DNA of 54,225 nucleotides from a virus (lineage: Duplodnaviria; Caudoviricetes), in IMG/VR virus record IMGVR_UViG_3300028840_001956, positions 1 to 54,225 of that record. The stretch is one strand, 5' to 3'. How positions within the stretch are numbered: position 1 is the stretch's first letter; every line of letters begins with the position of its first letter. Below the pieces are notes generated by a model that was given only the letters and a program-made list of their open reading frames with translations, was not told where the DNA came from and made no database searches. Of this stretch, positions 27,249 to 36,410 are shown piece by piece. The translations under genes were made by a program, and so were the position numbers.

Positions 27249-27436
27249 GATGCGTAGGGCCATAACGGTAAGGTCCTTAATTCATAGGCATATGCCGGAC
27301 TATAATGGGGGGCTGAAATGCCCCTCATTGTTACCTTAGAATTTACAGGTAAACATCTCAGCACAGAATAACCTTAGCATACCCGTATGGGTAGATGCTA
27401 ATTTTATGTTAACTTACAATTTACAAGGGGGATATT

Positions 27437-27802
27437 ATGGCAGAAGGAATTGTTGGACCGAATGGTGCGCCGTTGAATACCGATGGCGCGAAAATGATTA
27501 TGGGCGACGATCAGCTTCGGGCGAAACAGGCAGCCGAGGAAATTCGGGTTATCCTGGACGCATATGACGCAGAGCTTTTTCCCGTCATGATGCTGTCACC
27601 GAGGGGTGTCGTCGGCGTTACCGTTGACATCATTCCGAAACAACGCCCACAGATGCCGCAGGGTCCCGTCGCGACTGAAAACGTTAAGGAAGAAAAGGCA
27701 CCCGCCGAAGACGGTGTGGTCACGCCCGACGAACCGGAAAGTGCGACGGTGTCCCAGGAAGACAGTGCTCCCAAAGCTGAAGTCGAACCGGACGTCGCCT
27801 AA
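27437..27802 (+). CDS. Hypothetical protein
   Basis: AAGGGGG RBS; 121 aa. Confidence 0.6.
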   Translation: MAEGIVGPNGAPLNTDGAKMIMGDDQLRAKQAAEEIRVILDAYDAELFPVMMLSPRGVVGVTVDIIPKQRPQMPQGPVATENVKEEKAPAEDGVVTPDEPESATVSQEDSAPKAEVEPDVA

Positions 27803-28203
27803 TGCCGCACGAACACAAAGACGATACCCTCGACGACCTGAAGTGGAAGGACGTTGATAATCTTGAATCGGTTATGAAGGGGCGGGTACGCCGCCTCTTC
27901 GATTCAAGGCACGCCTACACTCAGTTTATGTCGGCCATGGTCTTCGGATCGCTGGAAAAGATAGGGATGAAAATGAACCCTTCTATCACCGGCGAACAGG
28001 CTCAGAAGATCATGAGTGAAAAGGGTATCAAAATAGAGCCTCGTGGCAATTACCAGGGTGACGACATCTGGAGAGCAGGCACCTATATTTACAAAAACAA
28101 TGAGATCGTGACCTTTATCGGTGGCGCACGACTCAATAAAATTGCAATGAAATGGGAAGCATGGGCAGCCAGCACAGTAATGGATGTAGCGGAGCGTGCA
28201 TAG
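27802..28203 (+). CDS. Hypothetical protein
   Basis: TAATG coupling; 133 aa. Confidence 0.6.
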   Translation: MPHEHKDDTLDDLKWKDVDNLESVMKGRVRRLFDSRHAYTQFMSAMVFGSLEKIGMKMNPSITGEQAQKIMSEKGIKIEPRGNYQGDDIWRAGTYIYKNNEIVTFIGGARLNKIAMKWEAWAASTVMDVAERA

Positions 28204-28421
28204 ATACTGACGCGATGTTTATGTCTGGAAATATCATGGTCCCTCTGTACCGTTGGCCGTTGGGCCAGTGGGAGTTGGGCATGGTTGATCCGGCTGAGAA
28301 TCTCAGAACAATGATGGGGGGCGCAGATGAAGGACAGGCTCGATCTTCTGATTGAAGCCCTTCTTCGCATTGCAAAATTTGCCGTAAAGATGCTTGATAA
28401 GGTTGCGAAGGGGGAACAACT

Positions 28422-28760
28422 TTGACGACAGATCCAAATTTAGGGTGCGGTAAGCCTACCAGGGAAGATGTAGAAACTCGCCTTGCTACGCAGCCAGCGC
28501 CCACGGGACACTATCAATTATTTCTCGAAGCCCTTAAGAAGGGTGTTTATTCCGGCGTCACAGGGGAGATCGCTAAGATCGCTCACGAGGCCGGAATAAG
28601 GCTTGAACGGGCAATTAAAATGCAAGCGGCTCAGATAGCGCTTCAAATATCAGAACAGGTTTCCATATCCTCAAATAGCAGGAAGATCACAATAGAACTT
28701 GAGATCCCTGATTTCGATGTTGATGGGATTGTAAGTGAAACCAAGCATGACCTGAAGTAA
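28422..28760 (+). CDS. Hypothetical protein
   Basis: TTG start after AAGGGGG. Confidence 0.5.
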   Translation: MTTDPNLGCGKPTREDVETRLATQPAPTGHYQLFLEALKKGVYSGVTGEIAKIAHEAGIRLERAIKMQAAQIALQISEQVSISSNSRKITIELEIPDFDVDGIVSETKHDLK

Positions 28761-28808
28761 CCTGTACCATTCTCTAACGACTCTGGTATAGTTGTAAATT
28801 GGACTCGC

Positions 28809-28844
28809 AAACGCCTCTCCAATAGGATTGGCGTTTTTTATTTT
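28809..28844 (+). terminator. Intrinsic terminator
   Basis: AAACGCC...GGCGTTTTTTATTTT. Confidence 0.6.
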
Positions 28845-28860
28845 AATCCCATGTGGCAGC

Positions 28861-28925
28861 GGGAACACCTTTGAGAAGAAGGCTCCCAAGGCAACACGAG
28901 AACACCTTAGAGGATAAGGCTCTCG
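28861..28925 (+). promoter_or_regulatory. Tandem RNA hairpins in the scaffold-gene leader
   Basis: GGGA-ACA-CCTT-loop-AAGG-C-TCCC and CGAGA-ACA-CCTTA-loop-TAAGG-C-TCTCG. Confidence 0.6.
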
Positions 28926-28941
28926 GAAAGGATCACGACTA

Positions 28942-30123
28942 ATGGCGCAAAAGAAGAAGAAAGCCAAGATCACGAAAAAGGCAAGTGACGGAGTACCAAA
29001 CAAGGTTGCACAGCAAGAGGCCGAAGCCGAGGAATTGCAACGGCGTCTCGCAGCCGGAGAGCCTCTTGAGGGCGAGAAGGTTAAAGATGTGACCGAGAAC
29101 CCCGATGGGACATTCAGCGTTGATCCTGACGCGACTCCCGCAGCCGAAGAGCCTATTCCTGCTCCTGCTGCTGCCGCTGCGAGTGAGCCTGCACCGGCGA
29201 AAGAATTCCCAAGGGTTGACCCGGGAAGTGTTGATGTCACGCCTGCTGCACCCGCAGCCGGTGATGATGACCTGGCGAAGCTTCAAAGTAGGTTCGATGT
29301 CCTTGAAGGTAAGTACAACACTGAGATTGCCCGTTTGTCAACGGCGCTTCAGACATCTCAGAATATCATCGAACAGCAAGAGGCTCTCATTAAGAATATC
29401 CAGGCAGGCGGCGGCGCTGCGAATGAACCTGCAGCCGAGGCCACGACCTTTAAGAAGTTGAACCCTGACGACTATTCGAGCTATGGCTCCGAGATGGAGC
29501 AAATGGCGGCGACGGTCAATAACCTGATTGCAGAGAATCAGCGGCTTGTCACTCAGATCAAGACAGGCGGCTCCGCACCAGGGACTCAGGGGGAGAATGA
29601 GCGTATAGCCAAGGTCGAACAAACTGTCAAGAACTTGTCTGGTACCGTACAGATGTCAGCAAAGCAGTCATATTACGCCGCACTCGATAGCGCAATCGTC
29701 GATTCAAACAACCGGCCCGATTGGGAGAGAATTAACCATGATCCCAAGTTCGCCGAATGGCTGGCCCAGGATGAACCGCTGACCGGAATACCGCGCAAGG
29801 CTATTCTGTTAAAGGCCAATAAGGACCAGAATGCCGAGCGAGTGATCTCTATCTTCTCTGAATTTAAGCGCTCCCTGCAAGGCGGCCAGATGCCCAACAC
29901 CTCGAATTCTGAAAGTGGCCTCGCAAGTCAGGCCCAACCAGGTACCGCCGCCGCAGCCGGTGACGAGATAGATAATGCACAGAACACGCAGGGCCTCGTA
30001 ACCACCGAGATGTTTTTAAAGGCTAAGAATGATTACGTCCAGGGCCGTATCACTGAGACGCAGTTTGACGAAATTTCAGGAAACTATCAACGCTCCATAG
30101 CTAAGGGACAGATTCAGCCTTAA
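28942..30123 (+). CDS. Capsid scaffolding protein
   Basis: Acidic, P/A-rich, coiled coil; 'LEGKYNTE', 'PDWERIN.DP.F..WL'; directly upstream of the capsid gene. Confidence 0.75.
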   Translation: MAQKKKKAKITKKASDGVPNKVAQQEAEAEELQRRLAAGEPLEGEKVKDVTENPDGTFSVDPDATPAAEEPIPAPAAAAASEPAPAKEFPRVDPGSVDVTPAAPAAGDDDLAKLQSRFDVLEGKYNTEIARLSTALQTSQNIIEQQEALIKNIQAGGGAANEPAAEATTFKKLNPDDYSSYGSEMEQMAATVNNLIAENQRLVTQIKTGGSAPGTQGENERIAKVEQTVKNLSGTVQMSAKQSYYAALDSAIVDSNNRPDWERINHDPKFAEWLAQDEPLTGIPRKAILLKANKDQNAERVISIFSEFKRSLQGGQMPNTSNSESGLASQAQPGTAAAAGDEIDNAQNTQGLVTTEMFLKAKNDYVQGRITETQFDEISGNYQRSIAKGQIQP

Positions 30124-30175
30124 ACCGCGAACCCCTTCCAGCTATGGATACAAACAATAAGGAAGGGTTAGAATT

Positions 30176-31099
30176 ATGATTACTGCTGCTGCTGGGACTC
30201 CGCAATATAGTGGAATTTTCATTCCCGAGATTTGGTCGGGTAAGTTGCTTGTTAAATTTTATGCCGCCACCGTAATTGCCGGTATCACCAATACCGACTA
30301 CGAGGGCGAGATCAAAGATAAGGGCGACGTCGTTAAGATTCGCCAGGTGCCGGACATCCAGATCCGCGACTACTCGAAGGGCCAGAATCTCGTGATTCAG
30401 CGTCCCGAGAGTTCGGTCGTTGAGTTTCCGATCGAGAAGGCGAAATATTTCAACTTCATCTGTGATGATATCGACAAACACCAGACCGATATCGCTCTGA
30501 TGGACTCCTGGTCCGTCGATGCTTCCGAGCAGATGAAAATCGTCGTTGACGAAGAGTTCCTGGCCGACGTTTACGCCGACGCCCACTCTTCCAATAAGGG
30601 CCTGACCGCAGGCGCGAAAACTTCCGGCTACAACATGGGAGCCGCAGGCTCTCCGGTTGCCCTTACAAAGGTAAATATCCTTGACACATTGGTAGATGTA
30701 GGGAGTGTTTTGGATGAACAGAATGTCCCGTCCGACAGCCGGTCCATCGTACTGCCGCCCTTCGCGTGTGGTATGATTAAAAAGTCCGACCTGAAGGACG
30801 CCAGCCTCTCCGGTGACGGTACCAGTATGCTTCGGAATGGTCGTGTCGGCCAGGTCGATCGCTTCATGATCTACCACTCGAACTTGCTGACCGCAGTTTC
30901 CGATGGTGGTGGTGAGACCGCATGGCATATTATCGCCTGCCAGCGCCACGCCATCACGTTCGCCGCACAGATGACCAAGATGGAAAGCCTTCGGGCAGAG
31001 TCCACCTTCGGTACCCTGGTCCGTGGCCTGAACGTATACGATTATAATGTGCTGAAACCCACGGCACTCGTTGACCTGTATGTGTATAAGGCCAACTAA
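30176..31099 (+). CDS. Major capsid protein (P22 coat-like, HK97 fold)
   Basis: 'FIPEIWSGKLL', 'NTDYEGEI...GDVVKI', 'FGTLVRGLNVY..VLKP'. Confidence 0.9.
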   Translation: MITAAAGTPQYSGIFIPEIWSGKLLVKFYAATVIAGITNTDYEGEIKDKGDVVKIRQVPDIQIRDYSKGQNLVIQRPESSVVEFPIEKAKYFNFICDDIDKHQTDIALMDSWSVDASEQMKIVVDEEFLADVYADAHSSNKGLTAGAKTSGYNMGAAGSPVALTKVNILDTLVDVGSVLDEQNVPSDSRSIVLPPFACGMIKKSDLKDASLSGDGTSMLRNGRVGQVDRFMIYHSNLLTAVSDGGGETAWHIIACQRHAITFAAQMTKMESLRAESTFGTLVRGLNVYDYNVLKPTALVDLYVYKAN

Positions 31100-31207
31100 A
31101 CCAGCTATCCCCCTGAGTCCCTGGCGTTGACGGCGGCTTGATAACCCGCAATAGTCAGGGACTCTAAACCAATAACCAGTTTCTAAGATTGTTAGGAGAA
31201 AATAAAC

Positions 31208-31753
31208 ATGGCTGATACTACCTATTGTTTCAAAGGAAAAGGTCCGGCGCTGCCTTACGATTCGATGTTCGCCGTACTGAAACGCAAAATCAATCTTCCC
31301 GCCCTGATATCCACCGACTACGGTAAGCTGGCCCTGGCCTCGGCACCGAATGTGTCCCTGTCCAGCTTCTCCGGCTTCGTACAGAACGATGTCCTGGAGC
31401 TTTTCGAAGTTCCCAAGGGTACCGTCATTGTCGGCTCCGGCTGCCGTGTATCGACCGCTGAGGGTGCCACCGCTGCCGCCGAGTTGGGTTTCGACTCCGC
31501 GACGCAGACCGCACTCGGTGTGGCCGCAACCGCTTCAGATCCGAATGCCTATGGCACCTTTGATTTGAATAGCGAGAAAACCCTGGCTATCCCGCAGATC
31601 GCGCTGGATGGTACGGTCGAGGGCTTCGGTGATTGTTATGTTACCGATGGCTCCATCGACTTAACCTTCACCACCAATGACACCTATGCCGCCGCAATAT
31701 TCGACATATGGGTGACGGTCTTCAGGGCATATGAGGACACCGACGCTCAATAA
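31208..31753 (+). CDS. Probable capsid decoration protein
   Basis: Beta-rich, 'DVLELFEVPKGTVI'; follows the capsid gene; AGGAG RBS. Confidence 0.6.
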   Translation: MADTTYCFKGKGPALPYDSMFAVLKRKINLPALISTDYGKLALASAPNVSLSSFSGFVQNDVLELFEVPKGTVIVGSGCRVSTAEGATAAAELGFDSATQTALGVAATASDPNAYGTFDLNSEKTLAIPQIALDGTVEGFGDCYVTDGSIDLTFTTNDTYAAAIFDIWVTVFRAYEDTDAQ

Positions 31754-31780
31754 TAGTTTCTAAATGTAAACTATAATTTT

Positions 31781-31816
31781 AAAAGGTGGGGTCTCTCGGT
31801 GAGGCTCCACCTTTAT
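31781..31816 (+). terminator. Intrinsic terminator after the capsid genes
   Basis: AAAGGTGGGGTCTC/GAGGCTCCACCTTT stem. Confidence 0.6.
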
Positions 31817-31836
31817 TCAAAAAGGGGGAAACGATT

Positions 31837-32373
31837 ATGCCGAGAACACTTCGTAGGTTTCGTGACCGCACGAAACCAAAGACAAAGTATCTTGTCCAGG
31901 AACGCGACGGTATGGATGACGTCGTTTATATTCACACAGACGACCTTGCTAAACGTGGTGATATGCACCCGATTTCAGAGGAAGAGGCCATGGAATTTTT
32001 AGGAGACCAATGGCCTGAATTCTACGAACAGGTGGCCGAAAATGGTGACGAAGCAACCGTCGCGCCAGAGGTACCCGTCGAAGAGACAGGAGCCGATGTC
32101 ATTGCAGATCTCGCAGATGCAGTCCATGTAGAGACTGAGGACGACTTCATTCAGGTACCGGAGCCGATCGTACCCAAGACAGATCCGAAGAACGTCATTG
32201 GCGTTGACCGTGACACTGACCCTGAATGCCAGCTTATCGAGTCCTTCACCAAAAAGAACCAGGTCGAACACTATCTGCTTGCAACTCACCAGTTAGAGAT
32301 AGATACCAAAGACCGCAAACTTCTTGAACTCAAAGAGGAAGCTATCTCTGCTGTAATTGCCAAGCGCCTTTAG
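31837..32373 (+). CDS. Acidic hypothetical protein
   Basis: AAGGGGG RBS before ATG 31837. Confidence 0.6.
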   Translation: MPRTLRRFRDRTKPKTKYLVQERDGMDDVVYIHTDDLAKRGDMHPISEEEAMEFLGDQWPEFYEQVAENGDEATVAPEVPVEETGADVIADLADAVHVETEDDFIQVPEPIVPKTDPKNVIGVDRDTDPECQLIESFTKKNQVEHYLLATHQLEIDTKDRKLLELKEEAISAVIAKRL

Positions 32374-32382
32374 GAGTAATTC

Positions 32383-33096
32383 ATGGCGAGTAAAAATATT
32401 GCTGATTGGCAAACCGAGATAGGATATTACGTTAAAGGGCCTTCGACGACGCTCATGGATTGGGCTGCGCTTGAGGCCCTTCGTGATTTCTGCTCTCATA
32501 CCGGCCTATGGCGCTATACCCTAACGCCTATTTCTATCGTTGCCGATACTGCCGAATACGACTTCACTGACATCGACACTGACGGGAAGAATGTCCTCGA
32601 TGCGCTGATATGGGCAAAGTATAAACAGAACGGTGATGACGATGACCAGTATGTCGATCTTGAAATAATGGAGTTCGACAACGAGGAACTAAACAGGCGA
32701 GCCGCTTGGGAGTTCGAAGAATCAACCACTCCATTCGGAATCATGGTCACCAATGAAAAGAAATTCAGGGTATACCCAATACCGACAGTCGCCAGCGTTA
32801 GTGGTCTTTATCTTAAGGTCCAGGTAAAGCCAGCCACCGACGCAACAAAGGTGCCGCTGTTTTTGTACGATGATTACCATAAGGGTATAACCCATGGCGC
32901 TGTGTCAATCCTTCAGAACATGACCAATAAGCCATGGAGTAATAAAGACCAGGCGAAGGATAGCTGGAATCAATATCGTGCCATTCGTGAGAACGCAAAG
33001 GCCGACAGGCAGTATGGTCGTGCCGCCAGGGTGCTGAGGGTAAAGCCTCGCTTCTGGTCCGGCTCCAGGAGTAATTCTACCCTCAGGAGATTCTAA
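32383..33096 (+). CDS. Head-tail adaptor (tail tubular A-like)
   Basis: 'ALRDFC..TGLW', 'VYPIP', 'KPWS'; position. Confidence 0.7.
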   Translation: MASKNIADWQTEIGYYVKGPSTTLMDWAALEALRDFCSHTGLWRYTLTPISIVADTAEYDFTDIDTDGKNVLDALIWAKYKQNGDDDDQYVDLEIMEFDNEELNRRAAWEFEESTTPFGIMVTNEKKFRVYPIPTVASVSGLYLKVQVKPATDATKVPLFLYDDYHKGITHGAVSILQNMTNKPWSNKDQAKDSWNQYRAIRENAKADRQYGRAARVLRVKPRFWSGSRSNSTLRRF

Positions 33097-36000
33097 TGGA
33101 AGGTTGGAGACGACAGGAACAACCGAAGGATGGTTTTACGCCATTCTCTTCTAATGTAGTGACTTACCAGGAACGTGCGCTGCTCCCCATGGGTACCTAT
33201 TCTGTGAGCCAGAACACAAGGGATTATAGACCTGGACTGAAGAAGAGGGCTGGACTCGACCGCCTTGACATATACCCATACCTCGGTGACGTCGTAGACG
33301 TCCGGCCAGCATACAATGATCCGGCCAATGACGAAGGCACATTCGATTTCATGATTATAAATGGAATCAATCTTCCATTCTATCCTTCTATTGCTGCTTG
33401 CCAAACCGGTACCGCAGATATCACGGTTGATGCAGAAGATGACTCCGGTAATTATGGTCCTGGAGTATACACCACAGGAGATGGGACGGGGTGGGGTATG
33501 GGCCGGTTGGCTACCTCATACAATCTTAAACGATTTGCCGGATATACACCGACAGTGATCGCCGCCTCTATGTTTATCCTTCTCGTCGATAATCCATCCC
33601 TTGCTACGGGTGCCGCAGATTTTGGGCTTATGCTCTGCGAAGGTACCTGGCCGCCGCCAGATGTATGCTCCGACGATAAACCGGATTGGCGTGATACATT
33701 CAATGTAGGGAATGCCTGGTCAGACAGAAAGTCAATAACCATAGCCGAATATCTCGATGACTATATCGTAGAGATACCGTTCAACGCTGCTGGCATTGCG
33801 GCTATAAACGCCGAGATAGCGAATGATACAAATGTCCTCACTGTCGTTCAAAGAGAATATGATATTGAGTATTCCACCGATGATGATGGTCTTGGGTTTA
33901 CGCTGGATACAGATGCTCACTATATCGAGCAGAGGATGGACAGATACTTCCCGTTCATAAGGCTCACGTTTGATGAAGCGCCTGCATGCACCTCTATATT
34001 TCAATACAACCAAATGAGATCCGGCAACCAGGAGATATTGGCATACTTCTCAAATGGTGACATCCTGACAGGTTATAATGACGGAGATACCGCAGTCACT
34101 GATTCGAGAACGTCTGCTACCGGTGGCGATAACAGTGGATATTATCCATGGAGCGACGGAACCCCTTCCTCTTCACGAGGTCGAGAATTATCAAGGGCTG
34201 GCGCACCATCGTATGATTCGAAGTGGGGAGATTTTGCATATAGGGTTGGCGGCCTGAGCGCCCAGCAAGATTGGGAGAATTGCCCGAGTCCAGAACCTAC
34301 AATATCGAATTCGCCGCCATCGTGGGGAGTCCTCGATGACGTACTTATAATAGCTGACGGCCAGGGCTATGCAAAATTCTATGGTGGAGAAGCCGGACAG
34401 CCTGTAAAGGCCTCTATAGTAAGAGAGACAGACGCAACGGACACAGGAATATTCAATGACGAATGGGATGCCGATGGAATATCAGTTGACATCCCTTCTG
34501 GCTGGGCTGGCAATACATCTGCGTTCTACCTGTTCACTCCAATATGGGCAACAAGATTTCTTGTCACCATGACTTCTGCGAACTCTGGCTCTGGAGTCCT
34601 TGCCGTGTCAACATGGAATGGTGCAGCTTGGGCCGGAGTGGCTGAGGAAGACGTACTTGATGGAACCGAAGTAGCTGGCAGTACCTTGAAGCAGACGGGC
34701 CAGATAGATATATATCCCTCAGCGGTCGGGAAGCCAACTCGATTAAATGGGCTTACCGGCTATTGGCTGAAGTTCACGACAGACAGCGCGACGACATACG
34801 CAACATTCACAGTCAAGGCCCTATATGACTTTCAGGAGCTTACTAATATATGGGATGGTATCCTGGTTGACGCAGTTGAATCAAAATACTTTGACAATTC
34901 AGTTGGTGCCAGCGGTACCTATTTCACATATGCGAACACGGCTATAGATGTCAGTCTTATGACTTCGAGTGATTATGTTTATTTCTCGACATTCGACAAG
35001 CCTGAGCAATTATATTTTGATGTTGGATCTACCCCAAACTCGGGCGCTGTGATACCTACCCTTGCATTCGAATATTATGACGGTGATTCGTGGGTAACGT
35101 GGGACGTCGTTAAAGATAATACCAATGGATTGACGAGATCCGGCTTCGTTGTTATGGATTGGACAGATGTCGATCTATCTCAAAAGCAAGCATTCCAGGG
35201 AAGCTTATGGTCTTCCCATTGGTTCAGAATGTCTGTAAATCAAACAATGGGCGACGATATGCGGATATCGATTCAGTATTATCCGATATTGGACATCGCT
35301 GATTTTGGAACCAATACTGAGTGCATGGCCGTATGGAAGGAGAGGTGTGTCTATTCATTTGATAAATATCCTTCCTGGATCTATGTGACGAAAAATGGCA
35401 CATTTAATGTGTTGAATGGAGATGATTACGCTGTACTCCAGGCAGGCGATGGACGCCGCCATTCAGTCGTAGCGATGCACAAATTCCATAATGAGTTGAT
35501 GGTATGGCAGGAAGAGAAAGGTAAGGAAGGTGGCTGCCTGACGCTGTTTGAGGGGTATTCTCCGGCAACATTCGGAAAGCTTGTCCTCAGTTCTAAAATA
35601 GGGACCCTAAATGCTCAGTCGGTCGTAATTATCGACGGCGCTCTCGAAGCTTCCAGGACTGATTACAAGGCTGCGACAGTTGCCTATTTCATAAGCAATT
35701 ACGGAATCTATATGTCAGACGGCCAAACGGTCGTTTCCATATCTGCTGCTATACAAAATTATTTTGATCCAGGTAGCTCTGAATGTATCAGGAATGGATA
35801 CCAGGATAAGTGCTGGCTTGCACATGACCCAACTCACCAGGTTTTACGGATGGGCCTCGTTACCGGAAGCACCGCAACGGAGCCGAATATCTTTCCGGTA
35901 TATGACCTAATCACAAGGCGCTGGTCGTTCGATGCCTATGGTGGATCTCGGGTTGTGCGCTGCATATCTGAAGTGAGTGGATCTTCGAGTTCAGCCGTAC

Positions 36001-36410
36001 AGGTTATAGTTATGGCCGGTACCTCTGATGGCAAGATTTACAATGCCTCTTCAACAAACCTGAATGATGGTGGCGATACGGCTATAGATATGCAGGTAAG
36101 GATAGAGCTAAACGACGGCGGTAAGCTTCTCAACTTAAGCGAGGTGGCTGTCAGGCTGAAGCGCCAGGCACTCGGAAATTGCCTATTCACGGCGTATGAG
36201 AATGGTGTTCTCAATACGGAATACAGCAAGACGGTCGATATGACCGGTGGCAGCGATTATGTTGTAGGCGATGAAAATGTCGTCGAAAGGCTGATATTAG
36301 CTGTCAACCAGGAAGATATGATATCAATCAATTTCGGGAATGCTGTGATTGACCAGGATATGTATCTGTTTGATTTCTGGCTCGACGCAGATGCCCTGCA
36401 GAATAGATAA
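33096..36410 (+). CDS. Tail nozzle / head-closure protein with inserted domains
   Basis: 1104 aa after the adaptor; propeller-like C-terminal half ('YFISNYGIYMSDG', 'VYDLITRRW'); two repeated jelly-roll-like inserts. Confidence 0.65.
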   Translation: MEGWRRQEQPKDGFTPFSSNVVTYQERALLPMGTYSVSQNTRDYRPGLKKRAGLDRLDIYPYLGDVVDVRPAYNDPANDEGTFDFMIINGINLPFYPSIAACQTGTADITVDAEDDSGNYGPGVYTTGDGTGWGMGRLATSYNLKRFAGYTPTVIAASMFILLVDNPSLATGAADFGLMLCEGTWPPPDVCSDDKPDWRDTFNVGNAWSDRKSITIAEYLDDYIVEIPFNAAGIAAINAEIANDTNVLTVVQREYDIEYSTDDDGLGFTLDTDAHYIEQRMDRYFPFIRLTFDEAPACTSIFQYNQMRSGNQEILAYFSNGDILTGYNDGDTAVTDSRTSATGGDNSGYYPWSDGTPSSSRGRELSRAGAPSYDSKWGDFAYRVGGLSAQQDWENCPSPEPTISNSPPSWGVLDDVLIIADGQGYAKFYGGEAGQPVKASIVRETDATDTGIFNDEWDADGISVDIPSGWAGNTSAFYLFTPIWATRFLVTMTSANSGSGVLAVSTWNGAAWAGVAEEDVLDGTEVAGSTLKQTGQIDIYPSAVGKPTRLNGLTGYWLKFTTDSATTYATFTVKALYDFQELTNIWDGILVDAVESKYFDNSVGASGTYFTYANTAIDVSLMTSSDYVYFSTFDKPEQLYFDVGSTPNSGAVIPTLAFEYYDGDSWVTWDVVKDNTNGLTRSGFVVMDWTDVDLSQKQAFQGSLWSSHWFRMSVNQTMGDDMRISIQYYPILDIADFGTNTECMAVWKERCVYSFDKYPSWIYVTKNGTFNVLNGDDYAVLQAGDGRRHSVVAMHKFHNELMVWQEEKGKEGGCLTLFEGYSPATFGKLVLSSKIGTLNAQSVVIIDGALEASRTDYKAATVAYFISNYGIYMSDGQTVVSISAAIQNYFDPGSSECIRNGYQDKCWLAHDPTHQVLRMGLVTGSTATEPNIFPVYDLITRRWSFDAYGGSRVVRCISEVSGSSSSAVQVIVMAGTSDGKIYNASSTNLNDGGDTAIDMQVRIELNDGGKLLNLSEVAVRLKRQALGNCLFTAYENGVLNTEYSKTVDMTGGSDYVVGDENVVERLILAVNQEDMISINFGNAVIDQDMYLFDFWLDADALQNR

